A stretch of DNA of 63,654 nucleotides, counting the filler. It is 8 parts of 8 records of this genome, joined end to end, with 100 filler letters (N's around TTAATTAATTAA, not from the genome) between each part and the next. Parts side by side here need not be neighbours in the genome. Positions count along the whole stretch, not along the records: positions 29,066 to 36,942 come from SRR31147125_4813; positions 37,043 to 44,343 come from SRR31147125_4844; 6 more parts are not named here. The stretch is one strand, 5' to 3'. Shown here piece after piece: positions 31,278 to 43,474 of this stretch. Within the stretch, counting starts at the first letter, position 1. Every line of letters begins with the position of its first letter. Position numbers and translations under genes: made by a program. The notes below the pieces were generated by a model. That model was not told the DNA's origin and made no database searches. It saw only the letters and a program-made list of their open reading frames with translations.

Positions 31278-32504
31278 ATGATTCTAATTGATAATATTCG
31301 TGACCTTAAATTAACAGGTAACGAATTGAAAAACTATAGAAGAAAGAAAAAAATTCTCGATCTTCTTTATCATAAAGATACTCTTTCTGCTACTGAAATA
31401 GGTAAGGAAATTGGTGTTAGTCTGCCTACATCACTATCACTTCTAAAAGAATTAGGAAATCTGAATTTTGTGGAATCGAGGGGAGCCGGCAAATCGAAAG
31501 GAGGACGTAGACCTTCGATGTTTGGTTTAAAGAACAATTCTATTTTTGTTGTTGCATGCGAACTTGGTCGTTTCTCGGGTAAAATTGGTATTTACGATTC
31601 GCATAACCAATTAGTAGCACCGCTTGTTGAAATTAAAGTTTCAATTGATGATGAAAATCTTGTAGAAACAATACACGATAAAGTTTCCGAGATTGTTAAT
31701 GAAAAAGATATTGATCCAAACCGCATTTTTGGAGTGGGAGTTGCAATGCCCGGTTTGGTTGACGAAACAAAAGGATTAAACTATACAATCAAAAATAGAA
31801 AATTTCGAAATGTTGCTGAACGGATTAGCAAGAAATTTGAGAAACTGGTTTATATAAATAACGATGCCCGTATGCAGGCTTATGGCGAATATATTTTTGG
31901 TACTGCCAAGGGCCACGATAATGCTTTAATTATTAACTGGAACTGGGGGCTTGGCCTGGGAATGGTGTTAGAAGGGAAGTTATACAACGGAGCAACCGGT
32001 TTTGCCGGCGAATTATCGCATATTAAGTTTGTTGATGATGGCGAGTTGTGTATTTGTGGAAAACGCGGATGTTTGGAAACCGTAACATCGGTTTCTGTTT
32101 TATTAAAAAATGCCCGCGAAGCAGTTAAGCGAAATAAGGTTTCGCAATTAACCGCTCGCTATAAGAACAAAGAAGAACAAATTCAGGTTGAAAATATTAT
32201 TCAGGCAGCAAAAGCTGGTGACGAATTTTCTATTTCGTTGTTGAATTCAGTAGGTCTGGCGCTAGGGAAAGCATTATCAAATACGATTCAATTACTTAAT
32301 CCTGATATTATTGTTTTAGGAGGAATAGTATCAAGGGCAAATCAATTTGTTTTATCTCCAATTCAACAATCAATTAATAAACATTGCCTGGAACAAATTT
32401 CAGGAAATACTAAGATCGTAATATCTGAAAAGTGGGAACAGTCTGGCTTATTGGGAATAACAGCCATGCTGTTTCAGAAACTATTCAGTAATATGAATAA
32501 TTAA
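31278..32504 (+). CDS. ROK-family transcriptional repressor
   Basis: N-terminal wHTH (SATEIGKEIGVSLPT, GGRRP), NNDAR, GFAGELSH, CICGKRGCLE Zn motif. Confidence 0.93.
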   Translation: MILIDNIRDLKLTGNELKNYRRKKKILDLLYHKDTLSATEIGKEIGVSLPTSLSLLKELGNLNFVESRGAGKSKGGRRPSMFGLKNNSIFVVACELGRFSGKIGIYDSHNQLVAPLVEIKVSIDDENLVETIHDKVSEIVNEKDIDPNRIFGVGVAMPGLVDETKGLNYTIKNRKFRNVAERISKKFEKLVYINNDARMQAYGEYIFGTAKGHDNALIINWNWGLGLGMVLEGKLYNGATGFAGELSHIKFVDDGELCICGKRGCLETVTSVSVLLKNAREAVKRNKVSQLTARYKNKEEQIQVENIIQAAKAGDEFSISLLNSVGLALGKALSNTIQLLNPDIIVLGGIVSRANQFVLSPIQQSINKHCLEQISGNTKIVISEKWEQSGLLGITAMLFQKLFSNMNN

Positions 32505-32543
32505 TCAAAATTTATCTATTAAAAATCATCTAAATTAAAATCT

Positions 32544-35500
32544 ATGCGAAAGGTTTTTTTGATTTTGGGAGTGTGCTGTGCGCTACTAAGTAGTGCTTAT
32601 GCGCAACAAACTGTAACCGGTACGGTTACAGGAACCGATGGCACTGGCATACCCGGTGTTACGGTAGTGGAAAAAGGAACATCTAACGGAACAATCACCA
32701 ATATTGATGGTGTTTATTCTATTAGTGTAAATGATGATGCCACAGTTACGTTTTCGTTTGTTGGCATGCAAATGGTTGAAGAGCTTGTTGACAGCCGTTC
32801 AACTATTGATGTCACAATGGTGGAAAGCCAAATTGGTTTAGAAGAAGTTGTTGTTACAGCTCTTGGTATATCCAAAGAAAAGAAATCGTTGGGATATGCT
32901 GTTACTGAAGTTGGTAGCGAAGAGATTTCGATTGTAAAAGACCACAACCCTGCTAACTCGTTGGTAGGTAAAGTTGCTGGTGTAGTTGTAACTCAAGGTT
33001 CGGGTGGCCCCGGTGGAGGTTCTCGCGTTATTATTCGTGGTAACAACTCTATTACCGGAAACAACCAGCCTTTAATTGTTGTTGATGGTGTGCCAATCGA
33101 CGCATCGGGATCTAACAGTGGTGGTAGTGTTTATAACAGTACCATTTCTGGCGGTGGTATTACCGACGTTAACCCCGATGATATTGAGTCTATCTCGGTA
33201 TTGAAAGGACCTAATGCTGCGGCATTATACGGCTCGCGTGCAGGTAACGGTGTTCTTTTAATTACCACTAAAAAAGGTAGAAAAGGTAAAGGTCTTGGAG
33301 TAAGTATTAACTCAAACATTACTTTCGATAATCCTATGATTTTACCCGATTACCAAAATGAGTACGGACAAGGTAGCCAGGGTAATGCGCCGGGTAATAT
33401 TACCGATTTAAAAGGTTCTACCGGTTCATGGGGACCGAAACTCGATGGAAGTAGCCAATTGTATTTTACTGGCGAAAACAGAGCTTATTCGGCTGAACCT
33501 GACAACTTTGAAAACTTTTTTGAAACAGGTGCAAAATACGTTAACTCTGTTGCGTTAGATGGCGCTGGCGAAAACTACTCAGTTCGTTTGTCATATACAA
33601 ACAATAAAACCGAGTCGATGATTCCTAATTCTGACTTAACCAGCCATAACTTTAACTTACGTAGTTTGGTTGATTTAAGCGACAAATTGAAATTGGATGC
33701 TAAAGCAACTTATCGATGGCAAGAGATTAACAATGTTATTAATCAAGGGTCGGAAGGTATTTTGGCTTCAATTTTAACTATGCCTCGTAACGTTGATATT
33801 GAAGATTTAAAGGTTTATCAAAAACCTGAAGAATCGTTGAATTCTATTTCTTTCGGAACTTTGGGAAGTAACCCTTATTGGCAACTTTACCACGACCGTA
33901 ACGAAAATACAAGAGAACGTTTCCTTGGCTTTGCTAAATTAAGTTATCAGTTTACTCCTTGTTTATCGGCTTTTGCACGTATTGGTACCGATGTTACAAG
34001 TGTAAAATCGGAAAGTGTTAATCAACCTGGTCATCATTATTATAAAAGTGGTAGATTGAATTTTGCAAACAGTCGCACCGCTGAAACCAATGCCGACTTC
34101 CTCTTAATGTTTAATAAAGACTTAAATGAAGATTTTAATTTATCGATAAATATTGGAGGAAACCACTCATACCGTACATACGAAAGAATGAGCATTTATG
34201 GAGAAGATTTTAAGATTCCAACCCGTGCTACTGTTTCAAATACAGTAATTCAAACTCCGGGGTATACTCCGATGCTTGAAAAAGAAGTTAACTCGTTATA
34301 TGGTCAGGCTTCATTATCGTACCAAAACTTTATTTATCTTGATGTAACAGGACGTAACGACTGGTCGTCAACTTTGCCGGAAAGTAACCGTTCTTACTTT
34401 TATCCATCGGTAACCGGTTCGGTTCTGCTTAACCGTTTTATCGATCCTGAGTCGGATATATTCAACTTGTTAAAAGTTCGTTCGAGTTGGGCAAATGTAG
34501 GTAACGATACAGGTACTTACCAAATTTTTTCGTACTACAACCTGGCAAACGATGGTTACCTTGGTTTAACTCAGCTATCACGTCCTTCTGTTAAATTTAA
34601 CGAAGACCTGAAACCTGAGAATATTGCATCTTTTGAAGTTGGTTTAGAAGGTAGTATGTTAAACAACCGTATGTTCTTCGATTTTTCGTGGTATAACATT
34701 AAAACAACTGACCAGATTTATGATGTGCCTGTGCCAGAATCAACCGGTTACAGTACATTCCGCGAAAACATTGGAGAAATGACTAATAAAGGTATTGAAT
34801 TGTTAGTTGGCGGTATTCCTGTTAAAACCGATGATTTTAGTTGGGAAGTTTCGGCTAACTTTGCGAAAAACGAAAACGAATTGGTTGAATTAACCGAAGA
34901 GTTAGACAGCCATGTATTAAATAACAGTAATTCGGGTAACATTCGTTTACAGGCAACTGTAGGTGGCGGATATGGCGACATTTACGGTACAACATGGCGG
35001 ACAAACGATGCCGGACAAATTGTTGTTGATGCAAATGGTCGTCCTCAATCGTCAACCGAAAAAACATTACTTGGTAATTCTCAACCCGACTGGACAGGAG
35101 GTTTATCGAATACCTTTACTTATAAAGACTTCTCGTTACGTTTCTTAGTTGATGTTCGTTACGGAGGTAAAATTTATTCACAAACAAATGCTGCTCTTGT
35201 AAGTGCAGGTGTTGCAAAAGAAACCCTTCAGTATCGCGAAAGTGGTGTTGTAGTTGATGGTGTTGTACTTCAGGATGATGGTTCGTATGTTCAGAATACA
35301 ACTGAAATTAGTGCACAAGACTATTGGGGAGCTGTTTCTGGTATTGCATCAGAATATATATTCGACCAAACAAACATTCGTTTAAGAGAGTTTGTATTGT
35401 CGTATAACGTACCAAAATCGATTATTGGAAATACTCCAATTAAAGGTGCTACTGTAGGTGTAGTTGGACGAAACTTGTTCTTTATTTATAAAGATGTTGA

Positions 35501-35612
35501 CCATATCGATCCTGAAGCTAGCTTGGGTACCGGTAATAATGGTCAGGGGATTTTATCATACAATATGCCAACTTCCAGAAGTATTGGTTTTAATGTGAAT
35601 ATTAAATTTTAA
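32544..35612 (+). CDS. SusC-like TonB-dependent transporter
   Basis: VVVTALGI, LKGPNAAALYGSRAGNGV, RNDWSSTLP, LKPE, C-terminal GFNVNIKF. Confidence 0.97.
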   Translation: MRKVFLILGVCCALLSSAYAQQTVTGTVTGTDGTGIPGVTVVEKGTSNGTITNIDGVYSISVNDDATVTFSFVGMQMVEELVDSRSTIDVTMVESQIGLEEVVVTALGISKEKKSLGYAVTEVGSEEISIVKDHNPANSLVGKVAGVVVTQGSGGPGGGSRVIIRGNNSITGNNQPLIVVDGVPIDASGSNSGGSVYNSTISGGGITDVNPDDIESISVLKGPNAAALYGSRAGNGVLLITTKKGRKGKGLGVSINSNITFDNPMILPDYQNEYGQGSQGNAPGNITDLKGSTGSWGPKLDGSSQLYFTGENRAYSAEPDNFENFFETGAKYVNSVALDGAGENYSVRLSYTNNKTESMIPNSDLTSHNFNLRSLVDLSDKLKLDAKATYRWQEINNVINQGSEGILASILTMPRNVDIEDLKVYQKPEESLNSISFGTLGSNPYWQLYHDRNENTRERFLGFAKLSYQFTPCLSAFARIGTDVTSVKSESVNQPGHHYYKSGRLNFANSRTAETNADFLLMFNKDLNEDFNLSINIGGNHSYRTYERMSIYGEDFKIPTRATVSNTVIQTPGYTPMLEKEVNSLYGQASLSYQNFIYLDVTGRNDWSSTLPESNRSYFYPSVTGSVLLNRFIDPESDIFNLLKVRSSWANVGNDTGTYQIFSYYNLANDGYLGLTQLSRPSVKFNEDLKPENIASFEVGLEGSMLNNRMFFDFSWYNIKTTDQIYDVPVPESTGYSTFRENIGEMTNKGIELLVGGIPVKTDDFSWEVSANFAKNENELVELTEELDSHVLNNSNSGNIRLQATVGGGYGDIYGTTWRTNDAGQIVVDANGRPQSSTEKTLLGNSQPDWTGGLSNTFTYKDFSLRFLVDVRYGGKIYSQTNAALVSAGVAKETLQYRESGVVVDGVVLQDDGSYVQNTTEISAQDYWGAVSGIASEYIFDQTNIRLREFVLSYNVPKSIIGNTPIKGATVGVVGRNLFFIYKDVDHIDPEASLGTGNNGQGILSYNMPTSRSIGFNVNIKF

Positions 35613-35626
35613 AGGAGAACAGGAAA

Positions 35627-36942
35627 ATGAAAAATATATATAAAATATTCATAATATTAGGAACGGTATTTTTGCTAAGCAACTGTACCGATGACTTCAA
35701 CGAAATGAATACAAAACCCGATTCGTTTACGGTTGAAGAAGTTAGTGCAAAATTCTTTTTAACGGGTCCGCAGTATAATTTGTTTGCGCCAAATCGTTAT
35801 CCATATTGGCGTGCGCATTTAATCCACATGGATCGTTATTCAGGGCATGTATGTTTTGGGCATAACCGTAGTTGGTGGTCTGATGAACTTGGATATGCTT
35901 ACAGTAGTGGTTATACTGATGCTTCGTGGGGATGGTTAGCCGGTTATATTGGTGGTCTCGATAATTTTATGAAAATGACAATTACCGGTGGCGAATTCGA
36001 AAATCAGTACATGTATGCTATTGCACAAATTATGAAAGGAATGTATTTCCAAATGTATACCGATGTTTTTGGAATGATTCCTTACTCAGAAGCTACTGAT
36101 CCTGACATTGTATTACCTAAATTCGACGAGCAGGCTGTTATTTATCAGGGAGTTATTGCCGAGCTTGATGAGGCAATGGCTACTATTGATGATGCTACCG
36201 CAACCGGATCCAATGTTGGCGATGTTGGCGAAAATGACTTGTATTGTGGTGGCGATTTGCAGCAGTGGAAAAGAATGGCTAACACTTTAAAACTTCGCAT
36301 GGCACTCCGTGCTTACGGAGCAAGCGGTGCAAGCTTTGCCGAAGCTGCGATTAGCTCAGCATTAAGCGCTCCGCTTCTCGATGGAGCTGTTGATAATGTG
36401 ATGATGGAAAAAGACGAAGAAATCTCGCAGTGGGGAAGTGCTGCTTACGGAGACGTTTGGCACAACTTTGGCGAAGGTTCGGATTGGACAGTTAGTAAAA
36501 CCATGATTGATGTTTTACGTAACAACAATGATCCTCGTTTGGCGCAATATGCTAAACCTGCTAAAGGTGGAGAACAAATAATGGAAAAACCTACCTCTGG
36601 AGCAGAAATTGAATTGTTCGACAAACGTGTTAATTATATATTAGACGTATTAACAGAAGCAGGTGCTACTTTTACGCAAACAGAAGATGCTGAAACCGGC
36701 AATATAACTGTAGTAATGCCTGAAAATATGTATTATATTGGTCAACCAACTCGTCTGAACGGAAAAATTAATTCTTATACAAAATATGCTTTCTTTTCAA
36801 CTCCTGCTGATGTTATTGTTAACAAGAAGAATAACGGGGCTATTCGTCCCGAATTAATCATGTCTTCAGCAGAAGCTAATTTCTTGCAAGCCGAAGCTGC
36901 AGTTCGCGGTTTAGGAGGTGGAAATCCACAAGACTTATACCA
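35627..36942 (+). CDS. SusD-like lipoprotein, 3' truncated
   Basis: Lipobox LSNC, TDVFGMIPYSEA, PKFDEQ..IY, WKRMANTLKLR, DPRL, EANFLQAEAA. Confidence 0.93.
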
Positions 36943-37042
36943 NNNNNNNNNNNNNNNNNNNNNNNNNNNNNNNNNNNNNNNNNNNNTTAATTAATTAANN
37001 NNNNNNNNNNNNNNNNNNNNNNNNNNNNNNNNNNNNNNNNNN
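36943..37042. other. Artificial contig linker
   Basis: N44-TTAATTAATTAA-N44. Confidence 0.99.
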
Positions 37043-37726
37043 GCCAGAGCCCATCATACTTCCCATAATTAACCAAAAAGGGAGACTGCTTCCTCGACGC
37101 CCTGCAGAATAATATCCTTTCTTTCTGCTTCTAAAAATTGGGATGATTATAAAGAATATCAGGAACAATAAAAACCCGAACGGAAATCCACCGCCTCCAC
37201 TTGCTTTCTCCTGATATTCCGCTGCAGAAAATTCACCTGCTGCAAGTCCCATAATCACCTTTGTGCCGGCGTATAAACCTCCAAAAACATCACCTTGTTT
37301 AAAGCGAGGTATCATTTCATATTGTACAATATCTCTATTCGCAATAGCATCAGGAATTACACCTTCAAGCCCATAGCCTACTGCCACAAATACCTGACCA
37401 CGCTCATTCGTAGTTTTTGGTTTAAAAAGCACAATTACCCCATTGTCCTTACCTTGCTGACCAACACCCCATTCTTCTCCTAAACGAAAAGCAAAATCAG
37501 ACACATCATATCCATTAAGGCTTTCAACAGTAACAACCAAAATTTGTGTTGAAGTTTTTCTGGCAAACTGAACCAATTCTGATTCCAGCTTTTGTTCCTC
37601 CTGATTTGAAAGAACATTGGCAAAATCATTTACTAACTTCTCTTGCTTTGGTTTTTCAGGAATATCTTGCGCAAACGAAACTAAAACAATAAAAAGAACA
37701 ACGATTACACTGAATAATTTTTTCAT
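37043..37726 (-). CDS. TPM-domain (YgcG-like) membrane protein, 3' truncated
   Basis: VNDFANVL, WGVGQQGKDNG, VGYGLEGVIPD, TM and Gly-rich tail. Confidence 0.92.
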
Positions 37727-37732
37727 ATTGAT

Positions 37733-38173
37733 TTAGTTTTTTCCAAATGATATTTCATCTGAAAGTTCGTTTACATCATCTGTTTGATAAGGAAAATGAT
37801 AGCGTAATTGCTCACCTGCTCGCAAAATTGCTTCAGTCACCCCATCGGCAAACTGACCATTTTTAAATTTAGTAAGCATATACCCCTTAATTTCGTCCCA
37901 GAAATTCTCCGGTACTTTAGCATTAATTCCGGCATCACCAAGAATGGCAAACTTATGATCATCTACGGCTAAATAAAACAGGACTCCGTTTCGTTGTTCT
38001 GTCTTGTGTATTTCTAATTTTTCAAACCAATAAGCTGCGCAATCTAACACATCGCCTTTACAGCGACCTTCCACATGCAATCGAACCTCTCCAGACGTAT
38101 TAAGTTCTGCTGATTTTATGGCATCGGTAATTTGTTCTTTTTCTTCTTCTGAAAAAAACTTATGTACGGACAT
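37733..38173 (-). CDS. TPM-domain protein
   Basis: AELNTSGEVRLH, RNGVLFYLA, GDAGI, NELSDEIS. Confidence 0.92.
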   Translation of the reverse strand: MSVHKFFSEEEKEQITDAIKSAELNTSGEVRLHVEGRCKGDVLDCAAYWFEKLEIHKTEQRNGVLFYLAVDDHKFAILGDAGINAKVPENFWDEIKGYMLTKFKNGQFADGVTEAILRAGEQLRYHFPYQTDDVNELSDEISFGKN

Positions 38174-38185
38174 ATTCTTTAAACT

Positions 38186-38779
38186 TTAGTTGAAATTAAC
38201 TTCTGGTGCTTTCTCTGCACCCTTTTCAGCCTCAAAGTATGCTTTATTCTCAAATCCAAAAAAATTGGCATAAATATTTTTTGGGAACGTTCTAATAAGC
38301 GTATTAAAAGCACGAGCACTTTCATTGAATTTTCTTCGCTCAACAGTTATTCTATTTTCTGTACCTTCCAATTGCGCCTGCAAATCGAGAAAACCTTGAT
38401 TGGCTTTTAAATCAGGATATCGTTCAACAACAACCATCAAACGACTAAGTGCTGAACTTAATCCAGATTGAGCATCATTAAACTGCTGCAACATTTGAGG
38501 GTTTAAATTCTCAGGGTTGATATTTACAGAAGTTGCTTTTGATCGAGCCTCAATAACAGATTCAAGTGTTTCTTTTTCATGAGACGCATACCCTTTAACT
38601 GTATTCACCAGGTTTGGAATCAAGTCTGCCCGGCGTTGATAAACATTCTCAACTTGTGCCCAACTCGCATTAACTCCTTCGTCCATGCTAACCATGTTAT
38701 TATATGTTCCTTTGATTGATGAGTAAAGAAAAATTCCTAATACTGCAATAACTATTAAAACGATCCATCTTTTTTTCAT
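38186..38779 (-). CDS. lemA: LemA family protein
   Basis: YQRRADLIPNLVNTVKGYA, YPDLKAN, LEGTENRI. Confidence 0.96.
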   Translation of the reverse strand: MKKRWIVLIVIAVLGIFLYSSIKGTYNNMVSMDEGVNASWAQVENVYQRRADLIPNLVNTVKGYASHEKETLESVIEARSKATSVNINPENLNPQMLQQFNDAQSGLSSALSRLMVVVERYPDLKANQGFLDLQAQLEGTENRITVERRKFNESARAFNTLIRTFPKNIYANFFGFENKAYFEAEKGAEKAPEVNFN

Positions 38780-38902
38780 GACTTCTTAATGATTTTATTT
38801 GTTATACAAAAATGATAAAACCGAACGAAAATCACGTTTTATTTTCGGGGAATGTCGCAATTTTGTCGTTAGACATACGTCTCAAAAGATGAACCAAAAA
38901 AA

Positions 38903-40911
38903 ATGGTCATGACAAAAGAAGAATTCAAGAAACAATTAAAAGAAGGAATTCCTGAAATTTTGCCTTTACAGAAAACTGCTAGAGAAGACATAAACCACGC
39001 CCCCAAACGAAAAGACATACTTTCACCTGAAGAAAAGAAACTTGCACTAAAAAATGCATTGCGTTATTTCCCTAAAGCCCAACATGCCATTTTGGCATCG
39101 GAATTCTTAAATGAGCTCGAAACCTATGGTCGGATTTATATGTACAGACTCCGCCCTGATTACAAAATGAAAGCCCGTCCAATCTCAGACTACCCTTTCA
39201 ATTCGAAACAAGCAGCAGGTATTATGATGATGATTCAGAATAATTTGGATTATGATGTAGCGCAACATCCTCATGAACTAATTACTTATGGTGGTAATGG
39301 AGCAGTATTTCAAAACTGGGCACAATACCGACTTTGCATGAAATACCTTTCTGAAATGACAAATGAGCAAACCCTTGTTATTTATTCAGGTCATCCAATG
39401 GGTCTATTCCCATCACATTCGAATGCGCCACGGGTTGTTGTTACTAATGGTATGGTTATTCCAAACTATTCAGGAAGGGATGATTATGAGCGTATGAATG
39501 CAATGGGAGTTAGTCAATATGGGCAAATGACAGCTGGCTCCTTTATGTACATTGGCTCTCAGGGAATCGTTCATGGGACAACAATTACCGTAATGAATGC
39601 TGCACGTTTAAGAGGGGTAACTGATATGAATGGACAGATTTTTATTTCTTCAGGACTGGGAGGCATGAGTGGAGCCCAACCCAAAGCAGCAAAGATTGCT
39701 GGAATGATTGGCATTGTAGCAGAGATTAACCCGAAGGCTGTTCAAATAAGACACGAACAAGGATGGGTTGATGAAGTTTTTTCAGATTTGGATTTACTAA
39801 TAAAACGAATGCTTCAGGCTAAAAAAACAAAGAAGCAGTATCACTTGCATATCAAGGAAACATTATTGATTTGTGGGAAAAGCTTGCAGCCGAGAAAATT
39901 CATATTGATTTGGGCTCAGACCAAACGTCTTTGCATAATCCACTTGCCGGGGGTTATTATCCTGCTAGTTTAACTTTTGAGGAATCGAATAGAATGATGA
40001 CTGAAGAACCGGAACTATTTAAAGAAAAGGTTTATGAAAGCTTACGCAGGCATGTTAAAGCCATAAATAAGATGACTACCAGAGGAATGTATTTCTGGGA
40101 TTACGGAAATGCATTTCTATTAGAATCAGGCCGGGCAGGTGCTGATGTTTTCAACAAAGATGGAAAATTCAAATACCCATCTTACGTGCAAGACATTATG
40201 GGTCCACAGTTTTTTGATTATGGCTTTGGACCATTTCGTTGGGTTTGCACATCTGGTAATGAAAATGACCTAAAAAAAACTGATGAAATTGCAGCTAAAA
40301 CATTGAGATACATTGCAAAAAATGCACCTGATGAAATTCAATCACAGCTTCACGATAATATTCTTTGGATTGAAGAAGCTGGCAAAAATAAACTGGTTGT
40401 GGGTTCGCTAGCACGAATATTATATGCTGATTTAGAAGGACGTATAAAAATTGCAGATGCATTTAATAAAGCCATTAAACTTGGAGAAATATCTGCCCCA
40501 ATAATTTTGGGTCGAGACCACCATGATGTTTCTGGTACAGATTCACCTTTTCGAGAAACCTCAAACATATATGATGGGTCATCGTTTACCGCAGACATGG
40601 CGATTCAAAATGTAATTGGAGATTCTTTTAGAGGTGCTACCTGGGTTTCAATACACAACGGAGGTGGCGTTGGGTGGGGAGAATCAATAAATGGCGGATT
40701 TGGACTTATGATTGATGGAAGCGATGAAGCATCTGAAAGATTAAATATGATGTTGCATTGGGATGTAAATAACGGTATTGCAAGAAGAAATTGGGCAGGG
40801 AATGACAGTGCCATCTTCGCCATTAAACGAGCAATGAAAGAGAATAAACTTTTAAAAGTTACTTTACCAAACCAAACAGATGAAAGGTTGATTGATAATC
40901 TTTTTAACTAA
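38903..40911 (+). CDS. hutU: Urocanate hydratase (long Bacteroidota form), split by a one-base slip
   Basis: ELITYGG, YGQMTAGS, QGIVHGT, GLGGMSGAQ, SDQTSLHN, GFGPFRW, GRDHHD, HNGGGVG. Adding one A to the A7 run near 39821-39827 joins the two ORFs (AKKNKEAVSLAYQGN). Confidence 0.95.
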
Positions 40912-40916
40912 GGAAA

Positions 40917-43133
40917 TTAAGCAGGTAGTTTTTTCAGAGTAAAAGAGAAAGTACTTCCTTTTCCAATTTTAGAATCTACCCAAATTTTACCCCCATTCTT
41001 ATCAACGAACTCTTTGCATAAAAGAAGTCCAAGACCAGATCCTTTTTCATGATTAGTACCAAAAGTTGAAATATGATTCTCGTTTTCGAACAAACGAGGA
41101 ATATCGCTTGGTGCAATTCCGACTCCATTATCTTCAATCGATATTTCAACAAACTCTCCATAATCAGAAGTATTAACCTTTACCTCTCCATGTTCAGGAG
41201 TAAATTTAACAGAATTTGATATTAAATTCCGGAGTATAAGATTAACCATATTTTGATCTGCATAAACGAACTGATTTCCATTTAAACTAGAAACAAGATT
41301 AATCTTTTTGCCTTCTGAAAATCGCGAATTCAATAAAATATTATTATTGATTGATGCATGAAGATCTACTTTATCGGGTTCAAATTTAATTGAACTCTTC
41401 TGACTTTTCGCCCATGAGAGAAGATTATCAAGGAGGAAATAAGTACTCTCGGCTTCAACCCTCAACTCATTCAAAATCTGTGTCCTCAATTCATCAGAAA
41501 ACATTTCAGGATAATCTGCAAGCTGACTAATTACGTCTTTAAATGCTCCAATTGGATTTCGAAGGTCATGGCCAATTATAGACAAAAACTTATCCTTTGT
41601 TTCATTGACTTGTTTCAGTTCTTCATGCTGATCATAAATTTGCTGGTTCATCAACTGAAGAAGTTCATTGGCTTTTTTTCTTGTTTTGCTATAGATCAAT
41701 GTTAATACAAATACTGCAATCAGTAGCCCCATCCCAATAATCAAAAAGCGTGTTTGATTTTTTTGACGATTGATTTGAAGGTCTTTTATCTCGTTATCTT
41801 TCTGAAGGATATTAATCTCTGTTTGTTTCTCATTTAAATCCAACTCAGCCCTCAGCTGCGCTAGCTCCAAACTATGCTTTTCTTCATACAATGTGTCTGT
41901 TAATTGTGCATATTTTTGATAAGCTTCCAAGGCTAGTTTATGCTGTGCAGACTTCTCAAATATTTTAGATCGAACTAGAAAACATCGCTGCATAAGTTGC
42001 TTTATTCCCGACGACTCTGCTATCTCAATACTCCCATCACAAAAAATTAATGCTTCGTAAAAGTTCTTTTCATGAAGAAAAACCTGCGCTAAAACCAACA
42101 TCGCATTAGCGATACCTTCTTGCATACTTGTTTCTTCATAAACAACTAGAGCTTTCTGTGCATAGCTCCGAGCCAAATCAATTTCTTTTCTTAATAAATA
42201 TGTTTCTGATAACCCTAACCAACCAAAAGCCTGATAATATTCTCCAATATCAGCACTCTCTGCTAACTCAATAATTTCATTGAAATTATCAAGAGCCTCA
42301 GCATACATCCCTTTATCTTTATATATTTCGCCAATGTTATTTAACACTACAACTTTCCCAACCGCATCGTTCGTTCCATCATAAAGGTCTTTTGCTTTCT
42401 GATAGTAACTAAGTGCCTGGTCGTTCATTCCCCATGAGTGATAATTTACAGCGATGTTATTTAATATTCGAGTTGTAACTTTATCATCATCTTTTGCTTC
42501 AAAATATTCAAGTGCCTGAATCAAATAACGCAGCCCATTAGTCCGCTCGCCTCTGTTCGTTAAAATTGAACCCAAGTTAAATTGTGCACTAGCAACCCTA
42601 TCTCTCAATCCAGCAGACTGTGAAGTCTTTATCGTTTCTTCAAATAATTCAATCGAAGTATCATAATCTCCAATATTCATATTATATACCGCTAGAGAAT
42701 TCAGTCCAATACAGATGTTTTCCAAATTATCTGTTTCATAAGCAGCACTTAATCCTTTCTCGGTAAAAACACGACCTTCTTCAAAATTTCCTGAAAATAA
42801 ATGTCCAGCACCAATCAATAAATTCGCATAACTTTCCTTAGTTAAATCACCTTCAATTTTAATGATCGGGAGGGCATCATTTGCATATTCAATTGTTTTT
42901 AATGGGGTGATGTACATGTACTCTTTGGAAAGAACAAGATAAGCATCGGCAAGTTCCATTCCTTTCAATTGGGACAAAGAACTATTTATGCTGTCAATTT
43001 TGGAGTTTTGCGAAAAACCAACCCCGTAAAAGACGACAAAAATGATTAAAAACCATACGTTTTTTTTGCGTTCTTTCCAACTTTCAAACCTTAAAAAATG
43101 ATAGTTAAAAATACGCTTAATTGTGTTCTCCAC
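40917..43133 (-). CDS. TPR-repeat sensor histidine kinase
   Basis: Periplasmic TPRs (LNNIG/LNNIA), TM, HDLRNP H-box, NLISNSVKF, DNGVG, GSGLGL. Confidence 0.95.
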   Translation of the reverse strand: MENTIKRIFNYHFLRFESWKERKKNVWFLIIFVVFYGVGFSQNSKIDSINSSLSQLKGMELADAYLVLSKEYMYITPLKTIEYANDALPIIKIEGDLTKESYANLLIGAGHLFSGNFEEGRVFTEKGLSAAYETDNLENICIGLNSLAVYNMNIGDYDTSIELFEETIKTSQSAGLRDRVASAQFNLGSILTNRGERTNGLRYLIQALEYFEAKDDDKVTTRILNNIAVNYHSWGMNDQALSYYQKAKDLYDGTNDAVGKVVVLNNIGEIYKDKGMYAEALDNFNEIIELAESADIGEYYQAFGWLGLSETYLLRKEIDLARSYAQKALVVYEETSMQEGIANAMLVLAQVFLHEKNFYEALIFCDGSIEIAESSGIKQLMQRCFLVRSKIFEKSAQHKLALEAYQKYAQLTDTLYEEKHSLELAQLRAELDLNEKQTEINILQKDNEIKDLQINRQKNQTRFLIIGMGLLIAVFVLTLIYSKTRKKANELLQLMNQQIYDQHEELKQVNETKDKFLSIIGHDLRNPIGAFKDVISQLADYPEMFSDELRTQILNELRVEAESTYFLLDNLLSWAKSQKSSIKFEPDKVDLHASINNNILLNSRFSEGKKINLVSSLNGNQFVYADQNMVNLILRNLISNSVKFTPEHGEVKVNTSDYGEFVEISIEDNGVGIAPSDIPRLFENENHISTFGTNHEKGSGLGLLLCKEFVDKNGGKIWVDSKIGKGSTFSFTLKKLPA

Positions 43134-43141
43134 AAAGCGGA

Positions 43142-43474
43142 TTAATTGAACAAGAGCTGATAGGGGCGATCGATTTGATCTTTAAGTTCGTGAATTCCGA
43201 ACGCCCTTGTTTTTCGAAACAACTCTCTGTTTTCGAGAAAGATAACCAAGGTAGGCACAGCAAAAACAGAATACCTTGCAGCCAACTCAGGAGCATTATT
43301 GAGGTTAATATACACCCCCCTAATTTGGGGGAAATTACCTACGATCAAAGCTTCAACTTTGGGTTTCAGCACCTTGCACACACTACATTCATTTGTAGAA
43401 AAGTATGCCAATACTGCCTGATTGGTTTTCAAGAGCATGTCAAAGTCTGATATTTTATCAATTTCTTCGAACAT
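43142..43474 (-). CDS. Thioredoxin-family protein
   Basis: CSVC motif, cis-Pro VFAVPT. Confidence 0.85.
   Translation of the reverse strand: MFEEIDKISDFDMLLKTNQAVLAYFSTNECSVCKVLKPKVEALIVGNFPQIRGVYINLNNAPELAARYSVFAVPTLVIFLENRELFRKTRAFGIHELKDQIDRPYQLLFN

Noticed and set aside
29066-36942. Circular contig (SusD tail at the start completing the SusD head at the end)
   Set aside because: No terminal sequence overlap, and the fragments look like different SusD subtypes. Two separate SusC/D pairs is simpler.
39815-39830. Programmed frameshift or pseudogene in hutU
   Set aside because: Same one-base homopolymer loss as many other genes here, and both halves are fully conserved.
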